This document shows, in pieces, positions 11,166-22,755 of a DNA stretch of 64,000 nucleotides. Below the pieces are notes generated by a model. The model did no database searches. It saw only the letters and a program-made list of their open reading frames with translations, and was not told the origin of the DNA. Positions within the stretch are counted from its first letter, which is position 1. Every line of letters starts with the position of its first letter. This stretch comes from an uncultured delta proteobacterium (lineage in GTDB: Bacteria; Myxococcota_A; Polyangia; Haliangiales; Haliangiaceae): contig CAWKDB010000010.1 of the NCBI GenBank assembly GCA_963848295.1, forward strand, positions 3,392,001 through 3,456,000, read 5' to 3'. A program made the translations under genes and the position numbers.

Positions 11166-11937
11166 CTGGCTCGTCGCGGTCGCGCTCGCGGGTGCGCTCT
11201 CCGGTCCGGTCCGCGCCGACGAAGAGCCCGCCGCAGCGCCGGCGGTCCACGCCCCGACGGGCGGCCTCGCGGATCAGCTCGCGGAGCAGCAAGACGCCAT
11301 CGAGCGCGCGCTGGCGATGGTGACCGACAAGCTCACGATCGCAGATGCCGCGCGCCTCGCTCGGCTGCGCGCCGCGTACCGCGCGATCGCGCCGGCCGAG
11401 GATCTGATGACCGCCGCCCGCCGCCGGGCCGCCGCGCGCTTGTTGCTCGATCGCGATCTGTTCGAGCGCACGTTGCTCGCCGACGAGGCGACCCGGCTGC
11501 GCACCGCGCACGAGAGGGTGATCACGGCGACCACGGTGCTGCCGACACTCGTGCTGCCCACCGATCTCGCGTGGCCGGCCCACGGCAAGATCGCGCGCAA
11601 GTTCGGCGAGCTGGTCCACGAGCGGTCGAAAGCGACGCTGTCGCGGCGCGGTGTCGACATCGAAGTCGAGGAGCACGCGCCCGCGACCGCGCCAGCCGAC
11701 GGGATCGTGCGCTACGCCGGGCCGATCCGCGGCCTCGACAACGGCGTCGTGATCGATCACGGCGACTTCGTCACGGTGATCGCGAAGCTCGGCGAGCTCT
11801 CGCTCCCGATCGGGACCCACCTCGAGCGCGGGGATCGCATCGGTCGAGCGGCGCGCCATCGCGTCTACTTCGAAGTTCGCGTCAAGGTCGGTCCGGGCGG
11901 TCTGCCGATCGACCCCGAAGCCGCCATAAGCAAGTAA
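11155..11937 (+). CDS. envC: EnvC-like murein hydrolase activator (degenerate M23/LytM domain)
   Basis: Signal peptide, short coiled coil, WPAHGKI..KFG, RRGVDI, VVIDHG, VYFEVR, PIDP; zinc ligands absent, as expected for EnvC. Confidence 0.75.
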   Translation: MRGSWLVAVALAGALSGPVRADEEPAAAPAVHAPTGGLADQLAEQQDAIERALAMVTDKLTIADAARLARLRAAYRAIAPAEDLMTAARRRAAARLLLDRDLFERTLLADEATRLRTAHERVITATTVLPTLVLPTDLAWPAHGKIARKFGELVHERSKATLSRRGVDIEVEEHAPATAPADGIVRYAGPIRGLDNGVVIDHGDFVTVIAKLGELSLPIGTHLERGDRIGRAARHRVYFEVRVKVGPGGLPIDPEAAISK

Positions 11938-11947
11938 GCTCGGCCCG

Positions 11948-13213
11948 ATGTCCCGTGCTTCGCACATCGCGACCTTCGTCGCCGGCGCGCTCGTCGCCTC
12001 GGCGTTCGCTGCGCTCGCCGTCCCGCGCGACACGATCCGGTTTCGCACGTTCGATACCTTCGCGCAGGCGCTCCACCTGGTCGAGACCGACTACGTCGAT
12101 CCGGTCGACGAGCACGCGCTGCTCTACGACGCGACGCGCGGCATGATCCACAACCTCGACAAGTACTCGACGTTCTTGCCGCCGAACCGCTACGAGAAGT
12201 TGCGGCAAGACACCGAGGGCGAGTTCGGCGGCGTCGGCATCGTGCTCGCACCGGGCGAGCTCGACGACGCGCATCCCGGGCGCCCGCCGTACCCGATCGT
12301 CGACGAGCTGATCCGCGGCTCGCCCGCCGACGTCGCCGGCCTCCAGCTCGACGATCGGATCACCGCGATCGATGGCTCGCCGACCGCCGAGGCCGGGCGC
12401 GAGCTCAAAGAAGCCGGCGCGTGGGAGGCGAAGCTGCGCGGCGCGTCGGGTACCCGTGTCGCGGTCGATGCCTTGCGCGTCGGCTGGAAGGATCCGAAGC
12501 GGTTCACGATCGTGCGCGCGCAGGTCAAGCAGCCGAGCGTCACGCATCGCGTGCTCGCGCCGCACGTCGGTTACATCGCGATCGCGCGGTTCGCCGAGGC
12601 CACCGCGAACGACGTCGCGGTCGCGCTCGCCGATCTCAAGCAACACGATGCGCTCCGCGCGCTCGTCCTCGATCTGCGCAGCGATCCAGGCGGCCTCGTC
12701 GATCAGGCGATCGCGGTCGCCGACCATTTTCTCGATCACGGCACGATCGTGACGATCCAAGGTCGCCAGGGCTCGGCCGAGCATCCGTCGGCGCATCCCG
12801 GTGGCCCGGCGGTCGCGGTGCCGGTCATCGCGCTCGTCGATCAGGGCACGGCGTCCGCCGCGGAGATCCTCGCCGCCGCGCTCCACGACAACGGCCGCGC
12901 GAAGCTCGTCGGAACGCCGACGTACGGCAAGGGCACGGTTCAGACGTTCTACGATCTCGACGACGGTTCTGGACTCAAGCTGACCACAGCGCGCTACCTC
13001 ACTCCGAAAGGCAACTCGTTGGAATCAAAAGGCATCACGCCGGACGTCCGGGTGGAGGCGTTTGTCGGCGAGCAGATCGTCGCCGGGGGCAGCAACGGAG
13101 GTGGCGCAAAGCCCGGGACCAATGCCACAATTACGGCTCAGGGTGACGACGATCCACAACTCGCCGCCGCAGTCCAGCTCGCAACTCAGGCGGCGCGCGC
13201 TGGGATCAAGTAG
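11948..13213 (+). CDS. ctpA: Carboxyl-terminal processing protease (S41 family, PDZ domain)
   Basis: GEFGGVGI, LDLRSDPGG, TASAAEI, TYGKGTVQ, LKLTTARYLTP, GITPD. Confidence 0.92.
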   Translation: MSRASHIATFVAGALVASAFAALAVPRDTIRFRTFDTFAQALHLVETDYVDPVDEHALLYDATRGMIHNLDKYSTFLPPNRYEKLRQDTEGEFGGVGIVLAPGELDDAHPGRPPYPIVDELIRGSPADVAGLQLDDRITAIDGSPTAEAGRELKEAGAWEAKLRGASGTRVAVDALRVGWKDPKRFTIVRAQVKQPSVTHRVLAPHVGYIAIARFAEATANDVAVALADLKQHDALRALVLDLRSDPGGLVDQAIAVADHFLDHGTIVTIQGRQGSAEHPSAHPGGPAVAVPVIALVDQGTASAAEILAAALHDNGRAKLVGTPTYGKGTVQTFYDLDDGSGLKLTTARYLTPKGNSLESKGITPDVRVEAFVGEQIVAGGSNGGGAKPGTNATITAQGDDDPQLAAAVQLATQAARAGIK

Positions 13214-13309
13214 TCGGCCCATCGGTTGTTTTGAGAAAGCTCGGACTGGTACAACCAATGGAACGCTGGTGACCGCTCTTACACCATCGAGACCGCGGGG
13301 ACGCATCTG

Positions 13310-15184
13310 ATGTTCAAGCTGGTGATCCAGGATGACGAGGGGAAGACGACGGTCGTCCCTCTGATCCGGGACGAGATCACGATCGGCCGCAAAGAGGGGA
13401 ACACGATCCGGCTCACCGAGCGGAACGTGTCGCGCCGGCACGCCCGCATCCTGCGTAACAACGGCGAGGTCCAGATCGAGGATCTCGGCAGCTACAACGG
13501 CATCCGCGTCAACAACGCGCGGATCGCCGAGCGGGTCTCGCTCCGGCTCAGCGACCAGGTCCAGATCGGCGACTACAAGCTGTACCTCAAAGCCGAGGGC
13601 GTCGAGCAAGTCGACGAGGCGCGGACGATGCCGATCGAGCGGATCGACAGCTCGACCGAGGTCATGGCGGTGGTGCAAACGCCGACGTCGCCGATGGTGG
13701 CGGTCGGAACGCAGCCCCCGGCGCCCGCGGCCGCCCCCGCGCGCCCAGGCGTTGGCGTCGCCGATACCGATCCGGCCGGCCGCCCGGTCGCGACACCGGC
13801 GCAAGTCGCCGCGCTCACCCAATCGGCGTCCTACGGCAAGCTCGTCGTGGTGTCGTCGAACTTCGCCGGCAAAGAATTCGATCTGACGCGGCCGCAGATG
13901 ATCATCGGCCGCACCGACGAGAACGACCTCGTCATCAACCACCGCTCGATCAGCCGCAACCACGCCAAGGTCGTGCGCGACACCGAGACCGGCCGCTACA
14001 CGATCAGCGATCTGCAGTCGAGCAATGGCGTGCGGGTCAACGGCCAGGACTACGGCAAGGTCGAGCTGCGTCGCACCGACGTCGTCGATCTCGGCCACGT
14101 CCGGCTGCGCTTCGTCGAGCCCGGCGAAGACTTCATCTTCGCGCGCGACGCGGTGATCGCCGACGTCCCCGAGGCCGGCGGCAAGCGCAGCCTGATGATC
14201 GCGGTCGTGCTCGCGATCTTGGTGCTCGGCGTCGTCGCGGTCGTGTTCCTCATGCGCTCGGGCAGCACGAACACCGAGGCGAACGGCAAGGGCGGCGACA
14301 ACTCCGGGCCCAAGCGCAACGGTGGCACCGACATCGCGGCCAACGCCCTTCCGGCCGACGCTGCGGTCGTTCAACCCGCGGTCGCGATGGACGCCGCGAC
14401 GGTCGCGGTGAATCCGCCGCCGGGCGACGACGACAAGGGCCGGATCAAGGTCGAGTGTCTGCAGAACAAGGCCGACAAGGACTGGCAGGCGCTCGCGAAC
14501 TGCGCCGCCAAGCTCGAGCAATTCGATCCCGCGACCGCGACCGAGCTCAAGGCGAAGGCGAAAGCCGAGCAGGCGAACCAACTCGCCGTCGATCGCGTGA
14601 AGACCGCGCTCAACGACGGCAGCCTGCCGAAGGCGGCGCGCGAGATCGCCAAGATCGACGACGACTCGGTCTACAAGGCCGAGGTGAAGGCCGACTACGA
14701 AGCGGCGTCGCAGAAGGTCATGGAAGACTTCAAGGGTCGCGCGCAGGCCGCGAATCGCGCGAAGCGCTGCGCCGACGTCGACAAGTTGATCTCGCAAGCG
14801 GCGGCGCAGGGCCAAGCGGTCGTCGATGTCGTGCGTCCGTTCAAGTGCGTGACCGAGGTCGCCGCGAACCCCGTCGATCACGGGCAAGAGCACAAGCCGA
14901 ATCAGGGGAGCGCCGTGACGCCGCCGGCGGGCTGCGACGCGCAGGCGTTGGCGGACAAGGCCCGGCAAGAGCTCGGCATCAACGACCACGCCCATGCCCT
15001 GGTCGACTTCGAGAGGTCGCTCAGGTGCAGGCCCGACCCGGGCATGTACCCGTCGGCGTATATGGCGGCTTGCGGCGCGGGGAACAAGGTGCTCGCCAAG
15101 CACTACTTCAACATGCTGCCCGCTTCACGCCAGATGTCGCTCGTCCAGATCTGCCTGCGCATCGGCATCGACCCGCGACAATAG
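13310..15184 (+). CDS. Membrane protein with two FHA domains and a periplasmic helical/TPR-like C-terminus
   Basis: Two FHA signatures (GR..GN...VSRRHA..DLGSYNG; GRT..ND...ISRNHA..DLQSSNG) and one TM segment. Confidence 0.88.
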   Translation: MFKLVIQDDEGKTTVVPLIRDEITIGRKEGNTIRLTERNVSRRHARILRNNGEVQIEDLGSYNGIRVNNARIAERVSLRLSDQVQIGDYKLYLKAEGVEQVDEARTMPIERIDSSTEVMAVVQTPTSPMVAVGTQPPAPAAAPARPGVGVADTDPAGRPVATPAQVAALTQSASYGKLVVVSSNFAGKEFDLTRPQMIIGRTDENDLVINHRSISRNHAKVVRDTETGRYTISDLQSSNGVRVNGQDYGKVELRRTDVVDLGHVRLRFVEPGEDFIFARDAVIADVPEAGGKRSLMIAVVLAILVLGVVAVVFLMRSGSTNTEANGKGGDNSGPKRNGGTDIAANALPADAAVVQPAVAMDAATVAVNPPPGDDDKGRIKVECLQNKADKDWQALANCAAKLEQFDPATATELKAKAKAEQANQLAVDRVKTALNDGSLPKAAREIAKIDDDSVYKAEVKADYEAASQKVMEDFKGRAQAANRAKRCADVDKLISQAAAQGQAVVDVVRPFKCVTEVAANPVDHGQEHKPNQGSAVTPPAGCDAQALADKARQELGINDHAHALVDFERSLRCRPDPGMYPSAYMAACGAGNKVLAKHYFNMLPASRQMSLVQICLRIGIDPRQ

Positions 15185-15351
15185 ATCACCTCTCGCGAGT
15201 AGCCGCGGATGTCGAAACACCTGCGGCGGATTCGCTAATGCCTGCGCTTGCGCTTACGCTCGCGTCCGTAAGTGCCCGCAGTTATTTGACCGATTGATCC
15301 CGTGTGTGGTGTAACCAGAACGTGGGGACGGTGCACCATCTCGGAGGAGCC

Positions 15352-17265
<1,914 letters not shown>

Positions 17266-17297
17266 CGGTTCGCCGACCGCCGCGCTAGGCTTGCTGG

Positions 17298-17573
17298 GTG
17301 ATCAAGCTCCTCGTGTACTTGGTAATCATCGTCGCGCTCGTCTATGCGGGCTCGACGGTGAAGCTCGGCAAGCGCACGTTCTTCGGTCACGTGCGCGCGA
17401 TCTGGCACACCGAAGAGGTGCAAGACCTCAAAGACGGCGTCAAAGAGACCGCGGGCCCGACCGTCGACAAGCTCGAGCGCGGCGCGAAGGCCGGCTACAA
17501 CGCGATGACGAACAACAGCGACGCGAGCGCGGTCGGCTCCGGTTCGGCGACGCCGGCGCCGGCGACGCCTTGA
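17298..17573 (+). CDS. Small membrane-anchored hypothetical protein
   Basis: N-terminal TM, GC3-biased codons, -10-like TAGGCT 6 nt upstream. Confidence 0.7.
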   Translation: MIKLLVYLVIIVALVYAGSTVKLGKRTFFGHVRAIWHTEEVQDLKDGVKETAGPTVDKLERGAKAGYNAMTNNSDASAVGSGSATPAPATP

Positions 17574-17785
17574 CGTTTCCGCTGACCGACGAGCTGATCG
17601 CCGAGGCGAAGCGATTCGAGCTGCGCTCGGCGTGTCGCGACTGTTTTCATTGGGACGTCGCTCGCCAGGCTTGCTTTCACGACTGGCCCGACGAAGGTCA
17701 GCGGCGCTGGCCGATCGACGCGCCCGACGAGACCGGCGCGCGCCCGACGGAAGTGGCGTTCTGCAAGGAATTCGAGCTCAAGTAG
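17570..17785 (+). CDS. Small Cys-motif protein (CxxC...C...C)
   Basis: TTGA overlap with the previous stop; ACRDCFHWD...CFHDWP...FCKEFELK. Confidence 0.6.
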   Translation: MTFPLTDELIAEAKRFELRSACRDCFHWDVARQACFHDWPDEGQRRWPIDAPDETGARPTEVAFCKEFELK

Positions 17786-17917
17786 GCCTCCGCGACGGGC
17801 TTCGAGCTGATTTGCCCCGGTGCGCGCTGACGCATTGCACCGTGCGTGACCGTCACGATCGTTAACAAAGGGCGCCAGCCGAGAGTCTAGGTCCGTGCCG
17901 GATCGGGCAGATAGCGG

Positions 17918-17933
17918 TGGCACGGCCCGTGCT
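17918..17933 (+). promoter_or_regulatory. Putative sigma-54 promoter
   Basis: TGGCACG-gccc-GTGCT, near consensus, upstream of SD GGAGG and ATG 17965. Confidence 0.7.
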
Positions 17934-17964
17934 GATACTATGGACAGGAAAACGGAGGGTTTAT

Positions 17965-18459
17965 ATGCGTGTACTACTTCCAGCTGCAATCCTCGTCGCC
18001 GCGCTCGCAGGCGGGGGATGCTACAGCGACGACGTCGCGGTCGGTCCCGGTTACGCTGCGGGCTACGCGGGCGATCCGGGCATGGTCTACATCAGCCCGG
18101 ACGTCGAGGTGATCTCTGACTACGACTATCCGGTGTTCTACTCGACCGGGTTGTTTTGGCGAAACGACGGCGGCATCTGGTACAGCTCGCGCTGGCGCGA
18201 TCGCGGTTGGGGGGTCTCGTACAACGTGCCGATGGGGATCCGCGGCATCGATCGCCCGTTCGCGTACGCGCACTATCACGGCGGCGGGATCTACGGTCGT
18301 GGGGCTCGCGGCGGCGTCTACGCTCGTGGCGGCGGCTACGGCCGTGGCAACGTCGGCGCGGTGCGCGGACCGGGTCGCGTCGAGAGCCGCGGCGCGGTTC
18401 ACTCGGCGCCGCGTTCGGGCGCGGTGCACTCGGCCGGTGGTCACAGCGGCCGCCGCTAA
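17965..18459 (+). CDS. Gly/Arg/Tyr-rich lipoprotein
   Basis: Lipobox-like GGGC; YPVFY...WR..G.WY motif; low-complexity RGG tail. Confidence 0.75.
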   Translation: MRVLLPAAILVAALAGGGCYSDDVAVGPGYAAGYAGDPGMVYISPDVEVISDYDYPVFYSTGLFWRNDGGIWYSSRWRDRGWGVSYNVPMGIRGIDRPFAYAHYHGGGIYGRGARGGVYARGGGYGRGNVGAVRGPGRVESRGAVHSAPRSGAVHSAGGHSGRR

Positions 18460-18476
18460 TTCTAACTACGAACAGC

Positions 18477-18511
18477 AACGCCGATCTCCCGCGAGGTCGG
18501 CGTTTTGATTT
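18477..18511 (+). terminator. Rho-independent terminator
   Basis: AACGCCGATCTC-ccgc-GAGGTCGGCGTT followed by TTGATTT. Confidence 0.7.
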
Positions 18512-18517
18512 CGGTCG

Positions 18518-19405
18518 CTACGCCGACTCGCGCTGAAAGGTGCGGTTCGCGATCCACAAGCCGACGACCGCGAGCGCGGACGAGCACACCAGGCCGATCG
18601 CGAGCGAGTTATCGCCGAGGTCGTCGCGGAACGCCGCGCGCGCGCCGTCGACGACGTGACTGAACGGGTTGAAGTCCGCGATCCGGCGCAGCCAGCGCGG
18701 CGCGAGCGTCATCGGCAGCAAGATGCCGGACAGCAGCAGCACCGGCACGCTCACCATGTTGAGCAGCGGCGCGAGCGCGTCCTCGCTCTTGAGCCACATG
18801 CCGGCGGCATACGACAGCGACGATAGCGACACGCCGAGCATCGCGACGATCGCGACCGTGATCAGCGCGCCCGACGCCGGCACGCGGAGGCCGAACGCGA
18901 CCGCGATCAGGGTGAGCAGCGTCGCCTGGACGATCAGCACGAGCGTATCGCGCAGCACTCGACCGAGCAGCAGACCGAGGCGACTCGCCGGCGTCACGCG
19001 CATCCGCTCGATCGTGCCGAATCGGATCTCGGCGATCAGGCCGAATCCGACGAACATGCTGCCGAAGATGCCGAGCTGGATCAGCAGGCCGGGCACGAAC
19101 ACCTGCCACGCGTCGCCGGGCGGGAAGCCTGGCGTCTTCGACACCTGATCGAGCAGCGGTGCGAACAGTGCGAGGTAGAGCAACGGTTGGATCATCACGA
19201 CGACGATCCACACCGGCTCGCGCAGGAGCAGCTGCATCTGGTAGCGGAACGTCGTCATCGCGTCGCGAAGCATCGAAGGACCCTCGTCGGGTTGGGGCGC
19301 GAGAGCGCCGAGGTAGGTCAGGTAACCGGGTGGAGTGAGCATCGATCGAACCGCGCCGTCCTGCGGCGGCGCTGCCGCCGGCGGGCGAGCCCCCACCGTT
19401 GTCAT
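18518..19405 (-). CDS. ABC-2 type (DrrB-like) permease
   Basis: LLREP....QPLLYL, FVPGL, GTIERMRVTP, NPFSHVVDGAR; ATGA overlap with drrA. Alternative start ATG 19273. Confidence 0.9.
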   Translation of the reverse strand: MTTVGARPPAAAPPQDGAVRSMLTPPGYLTYLGALAPQPDEGPSMLRDAMTTFRYQMQLLLREPVWIVVVMIQPLLYLALFAPLLDQVSKTPGFPPGDAWQVFVPGLLIQLGIFGSMFVGFGLIAEIRFGTIERMRVTPASRLGLLLGRVLRDTLVLIVQATLLTLIAVAFGLRVPASGALITVAIVAMLGVSLSSLSYAAGMWLKSEDALAPLLNMVSVPVLLLSGILLPMTLAPRWLRRIADFNPFSHVVDGARAAFRDDLGDNSLAIGLVCSSALAVVGLWIANRTFQRESA

Positions 19406-20361
19406 GCGGCCGGGGCGCCGGCGTCGTCGCGAAGCGAGCGACCGGTCAGGGTCAAGAACACATCGTCGAGTGAGGGGTGGCGTACGCCGAGCGCGGCGAC
19501 GGCGATACCAGCCTCGTCGAGCGCGCGCATGAGCGGCAATGCCTGCTGCTCGCCGCGGTCGACGGTGACGCGCAAGCCGCCTTCGGTCGCGGTGACGTCG
19601 CGCGCCTCGGGGCGACCGCGGAGCAGCTCGGCGGCGCGGTCGGCGTCCTTGAGCTCGAACGTGACGAGGTCACCGGAGATCCGGCGCTTGAGCTCCGCCG
19701 GCGTGCCGGTCGCGACGATCTTGCCGTGGTCGATGATCAGGATCCGATCGCACAGCGCATCGGCTTCGTCGAGGTAATGGGTCGTCAGCAGCACGGTCGC
19801 GCGATCGCGGTCGCGCAACGCGCGGATGTGGTTCCATAGATTGGCGCGGCTCTGCGGATCGAGCCCGGTCGATGGCTCGTCGAGGAACACCAGCTTCGGC
19901 TGGTGGACGAGGCCGAGCGCGATGTCGAGGCGCCGGCGCTGGCCGCCCGACAGCGACTTGACCAGCCGATCGCCCATGTCGGCAAGATCGAGCACGGTGC
20001 GCAAGGTCTTTGCACGTTCCCCGGCCGCAGCGCGCGTCATGCCGTAGAGCCGGCCCTGCGTCACGAGCTCCTCGTCGACTTTAGCCGCCGGGTTCGTGCC
20101 GCCCGATTGCGACACGTAGCCGAGCTGGCGGCGGACGCCGACCGGGTCGCGGCGCAGATCGCAGCCGGCGACGGTCGCTTCGCCTGCCGTCGGCACGAGC
20201 AACGTCGCGAGCATCCGCTGAGTCGTCGTCTTGCCGGCGCCGTTCGGGCCGAGCAGAGCGACGATCTCGCCTTCGCCGACATCGAAGTCGATCCCGCGCA
20301 CCGCTTCGACCGGGCCAGTGCGCGCTTTGAACGTCCGGGCCAGACCTCGGGCTTCGATCAT
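19402..20361 (-). CDS. DrrA-like ABC transporter ATP-binding protein
   Basis: GPNGAGKTT, LSGGQRRR, LDEPSTGLD, TTHY, PSLDDVFL. Confidence 0.93.
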   Translation of the reverse strand: MIEARGLARTFKARTGPVEAVRGIDFDVGEGEIVALLGPNGAGKTTTQRMLATLLVPTAGEATVAGCDLRRDPVGVRRQLGYVSQSGGTNPAAKVDEELVTQGRLYGMTRAAAGERAKTLRTVLDLADMGDRLVKSLSGGQRRRLDIALGLVHQPKLVFLDEPSTGLDPQSRANLWNHIRALRDRDRATVLLTTHYLDEADALCDRILIIDHGKIVATGTPAELKRRISGDLVTFELKDADRAAELLRGRPEARDVTATEGGLRVTVDRGEQQALPLMRALDEAGIAVAALGVRHPSLDDVFLTLTGRSLRDDAGAPAA

Positions 20362-20369
20362 GCCAGCAA

Positions 20370-20393
20370 TCATTAGTCAAGTTTGACTAATGA
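20370..20393. promoter_or_regulatory. Perfect inverted repeat, probable PadR operator
   Basis: TCATTAGTCAA-gt-TTGACTAATGA between the padR stop and the drrA start. Confidence 0.75.
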
Positions 20394-20394
20394 G

Positions 20395-21027
20395 TCAACT
20401 ACGTCGTTTGTTTCGTCTCGAGCGCCCGGTCTTGGCTGGCTTCTTGAGTGGTTGCGGCGACCATTTGTTCTCGCCGAGCGTGTGGTATTCGCCGCCCTTG
20501 AGCCGGGCGATCAGCGCCTTGGACCACGGCAGCTCCGCGCCGATCCGAGCGCTGATCAGCCGCATCATCTCGCGGACGTGATCGGGTGTCGTGATGTTGT
20601 CGACCGCTGCGATCTGGTACTCGTTGTGCTGCAACATGCCTTTGATCGTCGCAGCGCGCGCCTCGAGCGCGGCGATCAGCTCGGCGCGGTCGACGAACCC
20701 CATCATCGAGATCGCGACGATCAGCGGATCGATCGGCGGGCGGACCTGCCACAGCTGGTCGCGCATGAGATCTCGCAGCTCCTGCTCGCCTTCCTGGGTC
20801 AGCTCGTAGGTCGTGCGCTCCGGCCGGTTGCCGACCGCCTTCGTACCGACGACTGCGAGCATGCCTTCCTTCGCGAGCGTCTTGAGCGCGCTGTAGATCG
20901 AGCCCGGCGCCACCGAGGCCCAGTCCGCGACGTGCCAGCCGGTCAGCTCGCGGCGTACGTCATAGCCGTGAACCGGTTGGAAGATGCGGACCACTCCGAG
21001 CACGAGCAAGCGGGTCGCGTGAGCCAC
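20395..21027 (-). CDS. PadR-family transcriptional regulator
   Basis: TRLLVLG...PVHGYDVRREL...PGSIYSALKTL.KEG...RTTYELTQEG. Confidence 0.9.
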   Translation of the reverse strand: MAHATRLLVLGVVRIFQPVHGYDVRRELTGWHVADWASVAPGSIYSALKTLAKEGMLAVVGTKAVGNRPERTTYELTQEGEQELRDLMRDQLWQVRPPIDPLIVAISMMGFVDRAELIAALEARAATIKGMLQHNEYQIAAVDNITTPDHVREMMRLISARIGAELPWSKALIARLKGGEYHTLGENKWSPQPLKKPAKTGRSRRNKRRS

Positions 21028-21071
21028 AGCGCAACGCGTAGCACAGGTCGGCGCAACGAGTAAGATGAGGC

Positions 21072-21971
21072 GTGGAGCTCGCACTGTCTGCCGAGGTCGC
21101 CGCCGCCCGCGCCGCGGGCACGCCGATCGTCGCGCTCGAGTCCACGATCATCGCGCACGGCCTGCCGTGGCCGGACAACCTCGACATCGCACGCGCGCTC
21201 GAGGCCGTGGTGCGCGATCGCGGTGCCGTACCGGCGACGATCGCGGTCGTCGACGGCGTGCCTTGCGTCGGGCTCGGCGCGAGTCAGGTGGAGCAGCTCG
21301 CCCGCGATGGCGAACGGTTCGCGAAGGCGAGCGCGATCGATCTCGCCGTTCACATCGCGCGTGGCACGAGCGCGGCGACGACGGTGAGCGCGACTTGTAC
21401 GCTCGCCGCGCGCGCGGGCCTGCGCGTGTTCGCGACCGGCGGCATCGGTGGTGTCCACCGCGGCGACGGCGACGACGTCTCGCATGATCTCGTCTCGCTC
21501 GCGAAGACACCGATCGTCGTGGTGTCGGCCGGCGCGAAGGCGATCCTCGACCTGCCGCGCACGCTCGAACAACTCGAGACACTCGGCGTGCTCGTGATCG
21601 GCTATCGCACGGACGAGCTCCCCGCGTTCTACGCACGATCGAGTGGGCTTCGGCTCGATCATCGCGTCGACCGTGCGCGCGAGCTCGCTCGCATCGCGCA
21701 CGCCCACTGGCAGCTCGGCGGCGGCGGCGTGCTCGCTTGCAATCCGATCCCCGCCGGTGATGCGCTCGATCTCGGCGCGCCGCTCGTCAGAGCACTCTCC
21801 GCGGCGGCGGCGGAAGGCATCACCGGCAAGCGGCTCACGCCTTTCTTGTTGGCGAAGCTCGCCGACCTCACCGGTGGCGCCTCGATCCGCGCGAATCGCG
21901 CGCTCGCGATCAACAACGCCGAGGTCGCGGCCGAGCTCGCAGTCGAGCTCGCCACCGAGGAGACGGTGTGA
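21072..21971 (+). CDS. psuG: Pseudouridine-5'-phosphate glycosidase (IndA family)
   Basis: VALESTIIAHGLP, ATTVSAT, FATGGIGGVHRG, GAKAILD, TPFLL. Confidence 0.93.
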   Translation: MELALSAEVAAARAAGTPIVALESTIIAHGLPWPDNLDIARALEAVVRDRGAVPATIAVVDGVPCVGLGASQVEQLARDGERFAKASAIDLAVHIARGTSAATTVSATCTLAARAGLRVFATGGIGGVHRGDGDDVSHDLVSLAKTPIVVVSAGAKAILDLPRTLEQLETLGVLVIGYRTDELPAFYARSSGLRLDHRVDRARELARIAHAHWQLGGGGVLACNPIPAGDALDLGAPLVRALSAAAAEGITGKRLTPFLLAKLADLTGGASIRANRALAINNAEVAAELAVELATEETV

Positions 21972-22705
21972 CCCGCTTCCAGATGATCGTCATCTATTCG
22001 ATCGTCGGAGTCGTCGCCGGGACGGCAGCGACGATCGCGGAGCTCGTTCGCCCGGCTCGCCCGGTGAGCTATCGCAGCGTCGTGCTCCGCGACGCGGTTG
22101 CGTTCGCGCTGTACATCGCGGCGGTCGTGCCGCTCGCCGACTATTTCGCCGGCCACGTCCAGCCATATGTCCAGTTTCATTGGCCCGTCGCGAAGCTGCC
22201 GCTGGTCGCGCGCGTCATCCTGTATTACCTCGTCGCGGATCTGGGCTCGTACCTGCTGCACATCACGATGCACACGAAGCTGCTATGGCGGATCCACAAG
22301 TGGCATCACGCGCCGAAGTACATGTACTGGTTCGCCGGGGTGCGCGCGACGATCCCGCAGCAGTTCTTGTTCAACCTCCCGGGCCTGCTCGCCGTGCCGA
22401 TCCTCGCGCCCGCTCCGGTGTGGCTGTACGTCGCGTTGCCCGCCGAAGTCATCTTCCGCAACGACTGGATGCACATGAACGTCGCGTGGCGGTCGAACTG
22501 GCTCGAATGGATCTTCGTGACTCCGCGCTATCACCACATCCATCACAGCGCGGACCAACCGCGTCACCTCGGCAACTACGGCTCGCTGTTCACGATCTGG
22601 GATCGGATCTTCGGTACCCGGATCGACCCCGATGCGATCAAAGAGCCGCTCGCGTTCGGCACCGGCACCGACGACAACCCGGTGCGCGTCATCGTCGGCC
22701 TGTAA
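21968..22705 (+). CDS. Sterol desaturase / fatty acid hydroxylase family protein
   Basis: His boxes HITMH, HKWHH, HHIHH; NYGSLFTIWDRIFGT. Confidence 0.88.
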   Translation: MTRFQMIVIYSIVGVVAGTAATIAELVRPARPVSYRSVVLRDAVAFALYIAAVVPLADYFAGHVQPYVQFHWPVAKLPLVARVILYYLVADLGSYLLHITMHTKLLWRIHKWHHAPKYMYWFAGVRATIPQQFLFNLPGLLAVPILAPAPVWLYVALPAEVIFRNDWMHMNVAWRSNWLEWIFVTPRYHHIHHSADQPRHLGNYGSLFTIWDRIFGTRIDPDAIKEPLAFGTGTDDNPVRVIVGL

Positions 22706-22755
22706 ATCCCACCGCCCCTAGTCAAGTGCCGCGTTTCATTGAGGCGCTCGGCCAA

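Noticed and set aside
11155..11937. Loss of M23 zinc ligands as a novelty
   Set aside because: A degenerate LytM site is the normal state for EnvC-type activators.
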